From a virus (taxonomy: Duplodnaviria > Caudoviricetes), in IMG/VR virus record IMGVR_UViG_3300000872_000018, positions 1 through 32,265 of that record: DNA of 32,265 nucleotides; one strand, written 5' to 3'. Shown here piece after piece: positions 10,601 to 18,931 of the stretch (position 1 is the first letter of the stretch; each line of letters starts with the position of its first letter). The notes beneath the pieces are model-generated. The model was given only the letters and a program-made list of their open reading frames with translations. It ran no database searches and had not been told where the DNA came from. Made by a program: the position numbers and the translations under genes.

Positions 10601-10819
10601 TTTTTGGGTGGCGGCCCCGCCCGCCTTCATATCGCGGGCCATCGCGGCCACCTGCTGCTGGGCCGCGCGCCACTGGCGCTCGGCGGCCGCCGTGTCGCGC
10701 TTGAGTTTTTCGAAAGCCTTGATCTTGCCCAGGGTCTCGAGCTCTTGTTTGAGCTTCTGGACCTCGGGCGAGGCCTCGTCCCTGGCACCCAGGGTTATGG
10801 ACAGTTTGGGATCGGTCAT
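7643..10819 (-). CDS. Tail tape measure protein (TP901 family core)
   Basis: 1058 aa, Ala-rich and helical; core ELAAAEYDILSAG...LFQTVKSGVTTFPQLA...; C-terminal GFGGGDRIRSLLEAGEYIIRKEAV. Confidence 0.93.
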   Translation of the reverse strand: MTDPKLSITLGARDEASPEVQKLKQELETLGKIKAFEKLKRDTAAAERQWRAAQQQVAAMARDMKAGGAATQKMAREFEQAKRQAGALKQAYIANRDGLQTMRQSLVAAGVDTRRLGAAQKRLEQSTREAQKVLAARGQLKVAPYREVRAEIGRLRSAYDTLKKSGTLSTAELIRAKRELRRQTAQLKAETGGWTAAIGKAHAALLGMATAGYAFIQSFRNYSEFRQRMAEIDTIADTSAERMGQLSEEIRKLALRIPQTASELAAAEYDILSAGVSLEKSTRTLELSSRAAVAGLTTTKTAANAGIGVINAYGKSIDDLDEVYDLLFQTVKSGVTTFPQLAKNIGEVLPTARAADVEFQDVAAAIAAMTKAGIRTPQATTALKGAINALAAPAPEARKQFEALGITWQGLIPTLDQIRKKGLSIDQMRLLIPDVEARTGVLALTQNFEQLEEILGKMDGAAGAMEEAYDKMKDTPENQIKLLKNEFTDLLFSASALAAEGLIPLFKAMRWVMDGMREMDTPTKIFIATLLTAGVAFKLWKMGLGDIVLGLGKLRHPMRTAGAAATAMSNQWKAAGIGMKAAFAGVVVFTGIQLARLGTAMYQAYKAGKRAEASAERAAAANDKAVNSLASWKDVQVPDDITGKAPEELEALKWELFRAKLYYQQLVGQMNRTDNQAGLEEAKKRLSEVRRGLEKVRDAAADAADEMDKPAEAVKATADQLDEFEKKAKDAYEKAKAEAEKYAAEIEKINRRIADRESDTEDKIREFKRANLSEEEQAADIRLQAIEKIQAANAALARYQAEDSEAARDDAKRFFDDAARLWERYAGQGEEATTEAIQGLEQIKTGLDALDQAEIGWIERMRKQAEEMAAGIEQQLEQLTRDREANIDIVLRRLQDAQAAINDLTRDETKHIYVTVHQRTVEEHAGGGMAGFRRRSGKLPGFGGGDRIRSLLEAGEYIIRKEAVQKYGAGLFHALNGMRLALPDVAGMVRAQLGGLVAGIPVPAMASGGIAGPTETMILDLRAGGVSAPLRVVGSPAATRQAVKTIEKELDRMRLSHR

Positions 10820-10955
10820 GGTGTATCCGATGCGGTGGGAAGGGTCTTAACGGCCTCGTCCAGGGCGGTCAGGAAGAAGCCCCAACCATAGTCCCAGGCA
10901 TTGTGGTGGCCCAGCATGATCAGCCGGCAGACGCACCGGTCGAGGATTTCGCCTG
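10816..10955 (-). CDS. Probable -1 frameshift extension of the tail assembly chaperone (gpGT-like); 5' coordinate approximate
   Basis: The -1 frame reads EILDRCVCRLIMLGHHNAWDYGWGFFLTALDEAVKTLPTASDTP*. Its TGA overlaps the tape-measure ATG (ATGA). Confidence 0.65.
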
Positions 10956-11258
10956 CAGGGCGGCGGCCCCGACTTTGGCCAGGCGCTTGATCAGGGCCGC
11001 CAAAGAAGGGTTTACCGCGGTGGCGGCCTCCATGATGGGGTCCAGCTCGCTGGGCGCCATTTTCTCCAGGGCGGCCAGTTTTTTACCCACGCTCATGGCG
11101 GCGGCCGCCGCCGGTATCGCTTCCGGGTACATGATGTCCACAATACTGGCCCCCGCCTTGTCGTCGGCATCGTCCAGCAGGTCCCGGATCTGGACCGCCG
11201 TGAGCTCCCGGGCCGTCATATCCTTGCCGTTAACGCTAAAATCTTTGTGCTTCGCCAT
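10920..11258 (-). CDS. Tail assembly chaperone (gpG-like)
   Basis: ATG at 11258; 112 aa between tube and tape measure; RELTAVQIR and VNP motifs. Confidence 0.75.
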   Translation of the reverse strand: MAKHKDFSVNGKDMTARELTAVQIRDLLDDADDKAGASIVDIMYPEAIPAAAAAMSVGKKLAALEKMAPSELDPIMEAATAVNPSLAALIKRLAKVGAAALQAKSSTGASAG

Positions 11259-11276
11259 TGCGCCTATCCTTGAACC

Positions 11277-11298
11277 GCCCCGGCCCACAGGCCGGGGC
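11277..11298. other. GC-rich hairpin downstream of the tail tube gene
   Basis: GCCCCGGCC-caca-GGCCGGGGC, perfect 9-bp stem; no U-tract on the minus strand. Confidence 0.6.
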
Positions 11299-11313
11299 TC
11301 GCTTTAAGGTTTT

Positions 11314-11336
11314 GCTTTCAGCTTTGAGCTTTCAGC
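11314..11336. repeat. Tandem heptamer GCTTT(C/G)A x3
   Basis: gctttca gctttga gctttca gc, plus a related gctttaa at 11301-11307. Confidence 0.75.
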
Positions 11337-11354
11337 ACCGCGCGATCGCGCGGC

Positions 11355-12314
11355 CTACATCATCTCCGCCTTGTAGTAGCCCTGTCCGGACGGCTGGGCG
11401 CTGTCCTCTATCACCGAGCCCTGCAGGGTGGGGGCGGAAACCCCGTCGCCGATCAGCGGCATGTCGCCGTTCATGGCGAGCTTGACCTTGTGGAAGGTGT
11501 AGCGCTGGCGCGGGCCGATATCGTCCTTGTCGGTCACCACGATGATCTTTTTTTCCACGCTGCCCGAGCTCATGCCGTGGAGGTATTTGCGGTCCACGGC
11601 CTCATGGTCGAAGGAAACCACGTCCGTGTCGGCCATACTGCCCGTGGAGAGTTTGCGCAGCATGCCGTAGTCCGGATCCAGGGAGTAGTCCGTGCCCTGG
11701 GCTCGCAGCGTGCTGCCCGCGGCGTCGGTAATGCAGACGTCCTCCAGGGTCTCGATGGAGGTGGCCGTGATGTAGTTGGTGTCAGCGGTCTCTTCTAGCT
11801 GCTCGCCGGCGGAAATGGTGCCCGCGAGATTCACCAGGATCACGAAGCCGCTGCCCACGTGAGCGATCCGGGCCGTGGCCCCGGAGCTGTCGCCGGTCAC
11901 CGTGTCGCCCACGGAAAGCGATCCGTTGATCGCGCCGGTGATCTTGGTCACGAACACGTTGAGCTTGCCCAGGTCGATGAAGCGGTCGTTCACATAAGCC
12001 GGCACGGTTTGATAAACATGGCTGGCGGCCTGGTTGTCCACATTGATGGCGCTGCCCAGGAAGGCCACCTGCAGGTTTTCCTCGGAGAGCTCGCGCAGGC
12101 CCAGGTTGAGGGCGGCCTCGCGCTCCTGGTCAACCTCCAAGATGGTGGCCCGGGCCGCGTGGCGGTTGGATTTGAGCTTTTCCGTCGAAGCCGTCTGGCC
12201 GAAGGTGAGGCTTTCCAACTCGCCGATCTCGACGAAGCTGACGCCGCCCACCTCCCCCATGTAGACCCGGCCGGTGCCGTTGTAGCGGATGTTTTTAGTG
12301 TCGGATCCCAACAT
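11355..12314 (-). CDS. Major tail tube protein
   Basis: 319 aa; GTGRVYM...IGELESLTF...LRELSEENLQVAF... tube-like pattern; AAGGAGG RBS; precedes the chaperone and tape measure. Confidence 0.8.
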   Translation of the reverse strand: MLGSDTKNIRYNGTGRVYMGEVGGVSFVEIGELESLTFGQTASTEKLKSNRHAARATILEVDQEREAALNLGLRELSEENLQVAFLGSAINVDNQAASHVYQTVPAYVNDRFIDLGKLNVFVTKITGAINGSLSVGDTVTGDSSGATARIAHVGSGFVILVNLAGTISAGEQLEETADTNYITATSIETLEDVCITDAAGSTLRAQGTDYSLDPDYGMLRKLSTGSMADTDVVSFDHEAVDRKYLHGMSSGSVEKKIIVVTDKDDIGPRQRYTFHKVKLAMNGDMPLIGDGVSAPTLQGSVIEDSAQPSGQGYYKAEMM

Positions 12315-12341
12315 GACAATTTCCTCCTTGTGGTGTGTCGC

Positions 12342-12812
12342 CTATCGGTAAAGGGGCGTGCGGCTCGATCCGGCCGCGGCCGCCGTTATGGTGATCAGCC
12401 CGCCGAAAAGCGGGTAGTCGCTCTCGACGCCTGTTTCAGCCTCGAGGGAGATCCGGGGGAATTGGCGGCGGAGATGCGCGATCACGGCCGCTTCCACGAG
12501 CTCGGCAAGGTCCCCGGCCTCCACCATGCCGCGGTAGGTCGTCAGCCCGCCGGCCGTCGTCACCGTCTCGTTGTTGACGGCCACCAGAAACCCCAGGGTG
12601 TATTCCGCCGCGTTGCGGGCCAGGCTGGTGCTGCGCACCGCGTCGGTAACGGCCACGATGGGGTAGTCCCCCTGGCCGGGCGGGTTTTCCGGATCGATGC
12701 CGTGAATCAGGCTCGGGCCCCGGCCGTAGGATTTCTGGCAGAAGGCCTGTACGGCGGCATCGGCCGCCACGGCGTTCAGGCACTGCACGGCCAGATCGGT
12801 GACGCTGCCCAT
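12342..12812 (-). CDS. Putative tail terminator/completion protein
   Basis: 156 aa just upstream of the tube gene; GDYPIVAV motif; TGATG coupling. Confidence 0.55.
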   Translation of the reverse strand: MGSVTDLAVQCLNAVAADAAVQAFCQKSYGRGPSLIHGIDPENPPGQGDYPIVAVTDAVRSTSLARNAAEYTLGFLVAVNNETVTTAGGLTTYRGMVEAGDLAELVEAAVIAHLRRQFPRISLEAETGVESDYPLFGGLITITAAAAGSSRTPLYR

Positions 12813-13426
12813 CAGATGCGCTCCCCTCTCAGTTTGCGGGCCCAGTTGGCCTGGATGTTGGCCGCCGCCTCGGCCCGGTACCGCTCCCAGAAAGGCGCGA
12901 TCATGGGTCGGGCCGGCAGCTTGGCGCGCCCGGTCTCCCGGCGCAGGAAAAAGAATTGGGCGTCCGGTTCGCCGCGTTTCTTGAGGCGGCCGCCGATCCT
13001 GGCCAGGCGCCGGCCCAGTTCGGTGCGGCTGCCGGTGTAGAGGACCCGGGCCCCGGCCTGGTGCTTCTGCAGCAGCTTTTTCCAGCTTCCGCCGATGGTG
13101 CCGCGGCCTCGCACGAACCCGAAACGAAACGACAGTTCGCCGTTTTCATAGCTGACCACGTAGCGCAGCAGGCGGGCCAACCGGTAGAGCGGAGCCTGGT
13201 TCTTGCGCAGGCGGCCGGCCTTGGTGTAGGCGGCAATCCGGCTGAGCTTGGCGGCATAGGGCCTGGCGCCCGGCTCCCCGGCCCGGATCTGTTCCCGCAG
13301 AAGCTTGAGCTGCCTGAAGCCCTCCACCTTGATGGCGGTCTCCAGCGCTTTTTTCTTCTCTTGGGTGTCCGCATCGAGATCCTTCTGCAGCTGGCGGATG
13401 CCCTTGATGGTGTAGGCCAGCCTCAT
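12812..13426 (-). CDS. Putative neck/tail-completion protein (basic)
   Basis: ATG at 13426 overlaps the upstream TGA; IKGIRQL N-terminus and LPARPMIAP C-terminus are typical of morphogenesis proteins. Confidence 0.6.
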   Translation of the reverse strand: MRLAYTIKGIRQLQKDLDADTQEKKKALETAIKVEGFRQLKLLREQIRAGEPGARPYAAKLSRIAAYTKAGRLRKNQAPLYRLARLLRYVVSYENGELSFRFGFVRGRGTIGGSWKKLLQKHQAGARVLYTGSRTELGRRLARIGGRLKKRGEPDAQFFFLRRETGRAKLPARPMIAPFWERYRAEAAANIQANWARKLRGERI

Positions 13427-13731
13427 CGCCCGAGCCTTTCGTCGTTGGCGATGGCCAGGCGCCAACCCCACTCGTCGCCCGAGATCACATGCCGCACCCG
13501 CCAGGTCGCTCCGTCGATCAGCACCGTGTCGCGGTAGACCGGCGCCGGCACGTCGCGTTTCAGGACCTCGATCTCGGCCTCGGCCATCATCCCCGGCCGG
13601 CCCGTTCCGGCGGCAAGGTCCCGGCCGTAGGTCACCGAGCCCGGGATGTCCGTGCCGTTGTAAGTCACGGTCTCGGCCATCCGTTCAAAGACGCCCTCCC
13701 AAACGTTGCGGTTGTCGCTGAAGATGCCCAT
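13423..13731 (-). CDS. Head-tail joining protein (gpFII-like)
   Basis: 102 aa; AETVTYNG...PVYRDTVLIDGATWRV pattern. Confidence 0.7.
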   Translation of the reverse strand: MGIFSDNRNVWEGVFERMAETVTYNGTDIPGSVTYGRDLAAGTGRPGMMAEAEIEVLKRDVPAPVYRDTVLIDGATWRVRHVISGDEWGWRLAIANDERLGR

Positions 13732-13738
13732 AGCGCCT

Positions 13739-14116
13739 TTAGAACTTCCGGTGGATCAGTTCGCGCCGGGCCTGGGCGGCTTGAACGGCCGCCAGGATCT
13801 CGGGCTTGTTCATGGTGGACGGCAAGGTCAGACCGCATTCTTTGGCCGCCTCGAGGAGTTCCGTCTTGTTCATTTCGTCCAGCGGTTTGGCCGGCGCCGG
13901 AGCTTCCATGCCGGTTTCGATTTCCGGCGGGATGTCCTTGAGCGCCAGCACCATGGCGTAGCGCCGCTGGTGCCGGAAGGTGCGCGTGCGCCGGCCCGTG
14001 CCGAACTCGCGTGTGTCCTCGATCTTGGTGTCGGCAAAAGCCGTGAAGCCGGCCGCGAGCAAGGTGTCGATGGCCGCCTTCTGCTCCTCCGTGAAAACAC
14101 GGCTGGGGTCGATCAT
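13739..14116 (-). CDS. Small protein with C-terminal Rho-N/HeH-like helical domain
   Basis: ATG at 14116 with GAGAGGA RBS; LDEMNKTELLEAAKECGLTLPSTMNKPEILAAV; sits directly after the capsid gene. Confidence 0.65.
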   Translation of the reverse strand: MIDPSRVFTEEQKAAIDTLLAAGFTAFADTKIEDTREFGTGRRTRTFRHQRRYAMVLALKDIPPEIETGMEAPAPAKPLDEMNKTELLEAAKECGLTLPSTMNKPEILAAVQAAQARRELIHRKF

Positions 14117-14133
14117 GGTTTCCTCTCTTTCAA

Positions 14134-14167
14134 GCCGCCCGGCAGCTGATGATCGCTGCCGGGCGGC
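14134..14167. other. Strong hairpin after the major capsid gene (mRNA stabiliser or weak terminator)
   Basis: GCCGCCCGGCAGC-N8-GCTGCCGGGCGGC, perfect 13-bp stem starting 9 nt past the stop. Confidence 0.65.
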
Positions 14168-14175
14168 GACGCGGC

Positions 14176-15177
14176 CTAAATGGTGGTCACGTTTCCGATC
14201 AGGTAGTGGCAGGCCGCGGCAATGTCGCTGACCACGGCGCCTGTGTCGTTCGTACTGCACATCAGCGATTCATCCACATGGTGGCGCACCCGCAGGATAT
14301 CGCTGCGCGTCTGCTCCTCGCGGTAGCTTTCCACGATGGGATTCTGGGGGCTGTCCGCCGTCCACAGGAAGGTGCGCCCGAAGCCCGGGGCCATCATGTC
14401 CAGCCGGTCGGCCACCTTGATCAGGCAGGCGTATTCATCGCTCCAGATGTCGGTGACATCCGCCGTGAGCCCCTTGCCGGTGGCGTCGTAGACCGCGCCG
14501 CCGACCCACACGCGCGGGACGCCCAGCACCTGGGCCAGCTGCTGGGGCAGCAGGTTGGTGAGATCGATGCCCGGAAAGGTGTACTTCAACTGGTCCACCA
14601 CCTGGTCGCAGCGTTTGACGTTCATGAACTGCTTGAAGTTGATCTGCAGACCGTCCGGCAGCATGCCGCACTGCAGGCGGAAGGCGAGGATGGCGTCCTT
14701 GACGTCGTCGATTGGCGTGGCATTGGCCGCGTCGTCCCATTCGTTGGTCAGGTTGTGCGCCGTGAAACGGCTGCTGTCCTGCACCTTGGCGGCAATGCGC
14801 TTCTCCTGCGCGCGCAGGATCCGGCTCCAGGCCCGCCGGGTGGCCACCAGGTCACAGAGCCCCTGGCTTTCCTCATCGAACAAATCCCGTTCGGTGTCAT
14901 CGACGGGCTCCTCGGTGCCTTTTTCCGCCGTCTGATACTGGCCGCGCTCGTATTCGAAGTCGTCGCGCTTGTAGTTGCCGCGCGGGGCGCGGTCCACGTC
15001 GATGAGTTTGAGCAGGGCTTCCTTGGGGATCACCGGGTAGGTGGAGGCGTTTTTAGCCGTGGGAAACAGCGGCATCAGCTCCAGCCCGATGAAGTTCATG
15101 GTCGTTCCCTCGGCAAACTCCAGAACCGCGATGCCGAGGTCCGGCCGGTAAATGGCGGATCCGCTTGTGGGTCTCAT
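14176..15177 (-). CDS. Major capsid protein (lambda gpE-like)
   Basis: 333 aa with AAGGAG RBS; EWDDAANATPIDDV, QLAQVLGVPRVWVG and PGFGRTF motifs; follows the protease and cement genes. Confidence 0.88.
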   Translation of the reverse strand: MRPTSGSAIYRPDLGIAVLEFAEGTTMNFIGLELMPLFPTAKNASTYPVIPKEALLKLIDVDRAPRGNYKRDDFEYERGQYQTAEKGTEEPVDDTERDLFDEESQGLCDLVATRRAWSRILRAQEKRIAAKVQDSSRFTAHNLTNEWDDAANATPIDDVKDAILAFRLQCGMLPDGLQINFKQFMNVKRCDQVVDQLKYTFPGIDLTNLLPQQLAQVLGVPRVWVGGAVYDATGKGLTADVTDIWSDEYACLIKVADRLDMMAPGFGRTFLWTADSPQNPIVESYREEQTRSDILRVRHHVDESLMCSTNDTGAVVSDIAAACHYLIGNVTTI

Positions 15178-15221
15178 GATGCAATTCTCCTTTTAATTGG
15201 CAAAGGTTTCATCCGCCCGGC

Positions 15222-15587
15222 CTATACCGGAAGGACCTCGATGTGCTCGTTGCTGGCCCCGGCCGCCTGCAGGGCGGTGAACTGGGCCGATCCGCTTACG
15301 GCGTCGCTCACTTTCCCGTCGGCCGCGCCGTAAAGGCTGGCGCCAACCGCGATGGCCGTGCTGACCGTGCATTCAACTTCAAGTGTGCCTTCCGTGTTTT
15401 TGAGGCGCACGGTTACATCCTCCCCACTTGCCACGCCGTACTCGCTGACGCCGATGTAATCCTCGCCGGCCCCGGCATGCTCGACCTCGGGCGGCGTGGT
15501 GGTGGTTCCGGAAGACAGCTTCACCCGCCGTCTGGCCTCGATCGCCGCGCCGGCTTTAAACGTTTTCTTGCCTTCGTTCCAACTCAT
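15222..15587 (-). CDS. Capsid cement/decoration protein (DUF2190-like)
   Basis: KTFKAGAAIEARRRVK...IGVSEYGVASGEDVTV...AIAVGASLYGAADGK; GGAGG RBS. Confidence 0.8.
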   Translation of the reverse strand: MSWNEGKKTFKAGAAIEARRRVKLSSGTTTTPPEVEHAGAGEDYIGVSEYGVASGEDVTVRLKNTEGTLEVECTVSTAIAVGASLYGAADGKVSDAVSGSAQFTALQAAGASNEHIEVLPV

Positions 15588-15656
15588 GATGTGCCTCCGT
15601 CGTCACCCGGCTGTTTTGCAGCCGGTCGTTGATGAGAAAAACAATTGCCCGGCCGT

Positions 15657-16190
15657 TCAGTGGGCGTTCACGCTTTTGAGGTACGCCGCGTGCGCCTTGG
15701 GGTGCGACTTGATCACGGCCTGCAGGGCCTCGGCCTTGCCGCACTTGTTGGCTGCCCGGTACTCCTCCACCAGGGCCAGGAAGTCTTTGCCGTCCCCGCC
15801 CGGCGCTTCCGCGCCGCTGCCCGGGTTGGGCGCGCCGGCCGCGGTGATGGCGTCCAGCATTTCCTGCTTCTTGGCCTCGATGCCGGCCGCTTCCTGGATG
15901 GCGTGGGCAAGCCCCGGGGCCGTGTCGCCGGCCGTGGCCTTGTACTGATCCGGGGTGATCCCGGTGGCCGCAATGGCCTGGAACTTCTCCGCGGCGGCCT
16001 CGCCGAAATGCACGCCAATCAGCCCCAGCAGGCGCTCGGCTTCGGCCTGTGCCCCTTCGGTGCGGATCGCGTCCGGGTTAATGGATTCTGCCCCCTGCCG
16101 CCGCAGGGCTTCGGCCAGCTCCGGAAAGGCGGCCGCCAGCTCGTCGGCGGTTCTGGGAGCACCTTCGGCCTTGTTCTTCTTCGGGTCCAT
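15657..16190 (-). CDS. Probable internally initiated scaffolding protein (Nu3-like)
   Basis: In-frame ATG (MDPKKNK) preceded by GGAAGGAG at 6-nt spacing, after a low-complexity linker. Confidence 0.65.
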   Translation of the reverse strand: MDPKKNKAEGAPRTADELAAAFPELAEALRRQGAESINPDAIRTEGAQAEAERLLGLIGVHFGEAAAEKFQAIAATGITPDQYKATAGDTAPGLAHAIQEAAGIEAKKQEMLDAITAAGAPNPGSGAEAPGGDGKDFLALVEEYRAANKCGKAEALQAVIKSHPKAHAAYLKSVNAH

Positions 16191-17087
16191 CGGTGTCTCC
16201 TTCCCAGGGGACAGGGCCCCTGAATAGGGTTGATAAAAACGTGGTTGCGCGGTTTCCGCCGCGTCGGCCAGCTCGCGGGCCACGTTCATGGCGTCCTGGA
16301 AGTTGCCCACGGCATCGGCCAGACCCGCCGCCACGGCCGTCCGGCCGATAAAGACGCGTCCGTCGGCCATGTCCTTGCGAACGGCCTCGGCATCCACCCC
16401 GCGGTTCCTGGCCACGGTGTCGATGAAAATGGCGTAGATGGTGTCCAGCTCGGCCTGGATCACGGCGCGATCGCGGTCGCTCAAGGGCGCCACGTCGCTG
16501 CCCACGGCCTTGAACTCGCCGGCGTGCAGAACCGTGTATTTGACCCCCATGCGCTCGTCGAACTTGCTCCAGTCCGCATGCAGGCAGAGCACCCCGATGG
16601 AGCCCACATCCGCCGTGCGCTCCACGATCACGCGGTCGGCGGCACTCCCCGCCCAGTAGGCCGCCGAGCACATCTGCCCGTTGCCGAAGGCCACCACCGG
16701 CTTCTGCTGCCGGGCCGCGTAGATGATGTCGCTGAAGGCCTCCGTACCGCTCACCGTGCCGCCGGGCGAGTCGATATCCAGCAGCAGGGCCTCCACGTCC
16801 GGATCCTCCAGGGCGGCGGTTACGGTTTCCGCCAGGGCCACGGTGCCGGCAGCTCCCCCGAAAAAGGTCGCCCGCTTGCGCATGACACCCGTCACCGGGA
16901 TGATCGCCACCCCGTCGCGCAGGCGGTAGTCGTCGCGCTCGTCTTCATCGGCGGCCGCCAGGGCCTCGATGTCGACTGCGCCCGAGCGGAAGCGCTCCAT
17001 GGCGGCGTCCAGGGCGGAGAGCGCCTCGGGCCGAATGCTCCACAGGATGTCGATGCCGGGAATGGCGTTGGACTTCTTACTGGTCAT
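15657..17087 (-). CDS. Prohead protease, S49/SppA family, fused to scaffold (lambda gpC-like)
   Basis: LLLDIDSPGG, MCSAAYWAGSAAD, VGSIGV, AGEFKAVG and ADGRVFIG motifs. Confidence 0.92.
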   Translation of the reverse strand: MTSKKSNAIPGIDILWSIRPEALSALDAAMERFRSGAVDIEALAAADEDERDDYRLRDGVAIIPVTGVMRKRATFFGGAAGTVALAETVTAALEDPDVEALLLDIDSPGGTVSGTEAFSDIIYAARQQKPVVAFGNGQMCSAAYWAGSAADRVIVERTADVGSIGVLCLHADWSKFDERMGVKYTVLHAGEFKAVGSDVAPLSDRDRAVIQAELDTIYAIFIDTVARNRGVDAEAVRKDMADGRVFIGRTAVAAGLADAVGNFQDAMNVARELADAAETAQPRFYQPYSGALSPGKETPMDPKKNKAEGAPRTADELAAAFPELAEALRRQGAESINPDAIRTEGAQAEAERLLGLIGVHFGEAAAEKFQAIAATGITPDQYKATAGDTAPGLAHAIQEAAGIEAKKQEMLDAITAAGAPNPGSGAEAPGGDGKDFLALVEEYRAANKCGKAEALQAVIKSHPKAHAAYLKSVNAH

Positions 17088-18708
17088 TGTTGCTCCCTCC
17101 CTGGGCGGGCGCCGCTGTCGGCTGCTTTTCCGGGCCGAAGGGCGGCAGGCCGCGGGATTCGAGATCGTTTTTCTCCTCCTCGAGCTGGCGCACCGTGCGC
17201 TGGGGATCCCCGCCCCGCTCGATGATGCAGGCCTCGCGGGTTTTCAGATTGTTCTTGATCAGCAGGATGTCGGCCTGGGCCTCCTTGATGGGCTCGATGT
17301 TGCCCTTGGGCGATCCGCGAAATTCGCAGGCCGTGAGGGCGGTCATGTCGCGGTAGAAATCCGGGTAGTCCAGGCCGCTGACGAGATAGTTTTCCTCCTG
17401 GAGCATGGTCCAGATGGGCTGGCAGAACCCCTGGCCGAACCAGGTGCGCTCCATGGTGAACACCCGCCAGGCGTCCAGCATGACCGCCCGCATGCCCGCG
17501 TACTGGGTGTCGGATACATCCTTGAAGGCCACGGCGTAGGGCAGGTTGCAGGCCATGGCCAGGGAACGCTTGACCGTCTTGGTGAACGGTTCGAAAGTGG
17601 TGCCCGGCCGGTTGGCGGAAAGGAGATGCGGTTTCTCGCCGGGCGCGCCGTACATGATGCGGCCGGGGTAGGTCTCCTCGTAGCGCTGCCACTTGGTGGC
17701 GCCGTTTTCGCCCAAGCGCCGGTCCGTCATGGTGGCAGCACCGCCTGCCACGTCCCAGGGATTGACCCCGGCCTGCACCTCGATAAAGTAGGATAGCGCC
17801 GCCGTCACCACGTTGGAGACCAGTTCGGCCGAGACCAGATCGTTGAAGTCGCGGAAGAACTTCATGGCCGGCGCCAGGAACGGCCAGCCGCGCACCTGCT
17901 CGGGCTCCTTGCACACGAAGCCGTGCAGCACGTTCCAGCGATGGCCGGTTTTGAAAGGAACCCGCAGGAAATGTTTCGAGACGTCCGGCAGCCGCAGGCT
18001 GTTGCCGGCACCGCTCTTCTTGATCCAGGCTGCCACGGGCTGGCCGTAATCGCCCAGCTCGATGCCGTCGCGGATGTTGCCGGCGTTCATCAGGTCGGTG
18101 GGGGTTTTGACGCGCAGGGGATGGATCACCTGGCAGGCCAAACGAAACGGCCGCATGGGATCCTCGATCATCGGCAGCAGCACGAAGTACTCGCCGTAGC
18201 GCATCATGGACAGCTTGGCCAGGTACTGCACCTGCCCGAAGTTAAGCCGCCCGCCGGCATCCGCTGTGGGGGCCCACTGGCGGTAGGCCCCGCGCATCTG
18301 CGCCGCGAGCTCGGCCTCGCGCTCCGGGTCGAGATCCAGGGTGTCCGGATCCGGCGCCGGGTGCGGCATGAGGCCCGCGCCGATCACGGTGGTGGCGTAG
18401 GTGTCGATGATGCCGGCGGCATGGGGGTCGTTGTTGGCGAGATCGATTGAGCGCTTGACGATCTCGTAGCGCTCCTGGGCCTCGATATGGTTGGAGAAGA
18501 CTTCCTGGGGCCGCCAGTTCTTCATGCTGCCCGTGCGTTTGGCCGCTTCGCGCCGAATGGTGTAGCTGCCCGTGGGGGCCAGCGGCTTGCCGTTGGGGCC
18601 GTATAGCATCGGCGCACCGCCCGGCAGCGCCGCCATGGCGGCCATGGCCCGGCCGAACATCTCGAGCTGGGACTGCATGCCCGCTTCGTATGCTACTGGC
18701 GCCCGCAT
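17077..18708 (-). CDS. Portal protein, lambda family
   Basis: RSIDLANNDPHAAG, IRDGIELGDYGQPVA, PEQVRGWPFLAP and IEPIKEAQA motifs. Confidence 0.93.
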   Translation of the reverse strand: MRAPVAYEAGMQSQLEMFGRAMAAMAALPGGAPMLYGPNGKPLAPTGSYTIRREAAKRTGSMKNWRPQEVFSNHIEAQERYEIVKRSIDLANNDPHAAGIIDTYATTVIGAGLMPHPAPDPDTLDLDPEREAELAAQMRGAYRQWAPTADAGGRLNFGQVQYLAKLSMMRYGEYFVLLPMIEDPMRPFRLACQVIHPLRVKTPTDLMNAGNIRDGIELGDYGQPVAAWIKKSGAGNSLRLPDVSKHFLRVPFKTGHRWNVLHGFVCKEPEQVRGWPFLAPAMKFFRDFNDLVSAELVSNVVTAALSYFIEVQAGVNPWDVAGGAATMTDRRLGENGATKWQRYEETYPGRIMYGAPGEKPHLLSANRPGTTFEPFTKTVKRSLAMACNLPYAVAFKDVSDTQYAGMRAVMLDAWRVFTMERTWFGQGFCQPIWTMLQEENYLVSGLDYPDFYRDMTALTACEFRGSPKGNIEPIKEAQADILLIKNNLKTREACIIERGGDPQRTVRQLEEEKNDLESRGLPPFGPEKQPTAAPAQGGSNNDQ

Positions 18709-18926
18709 CAGTCGCGCCTCGGGATGCCGTAGGTGGATGCCGGCCCGGCGCTAGCCGCCTGCTCGCGGTGGTACCGCGCCAGGAGCTGCTCCTCGCGCCT
18801 GTAGAGCACGGCCAGATCGCCCATGCGGTACCGCTTGCCGTTGACCGAACCTTCCTGCCCCGTCTCGCACAGCGCGATCGCGGCCTGCACTGCTTCCAGC
18901 TGTTCCAGGGTGGTCTTGATTGCCAT
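18708..18926 (-). CDS. Head completion protein (gpW-like)
   Basis: MAIKTTLEQLEAVQAAI...GQEGSVNGKRYRMGDLAVL; TGATG coupling to the portal gene. Confidence 0.75.
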   Translation of the reverse strand: MAIKTTLEQLEAVQAAIALCETGQEGSVNGKRYRMGDLAVLYRREEQLLARYHREQAASAGPASTYGIPRRD

Positions 18927-18931
18927 ACGCA

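Noticed and set aside
7901-10891. 996-aa plus-strand ORF, and similar long antisense ORFs at 20726-22504, 25692-27395, 14149-15333 and 11859-13040
   Set aside because: Shadow frames of GC-rich minus-strand genes that carry clear family motifs; the antisense products have none.
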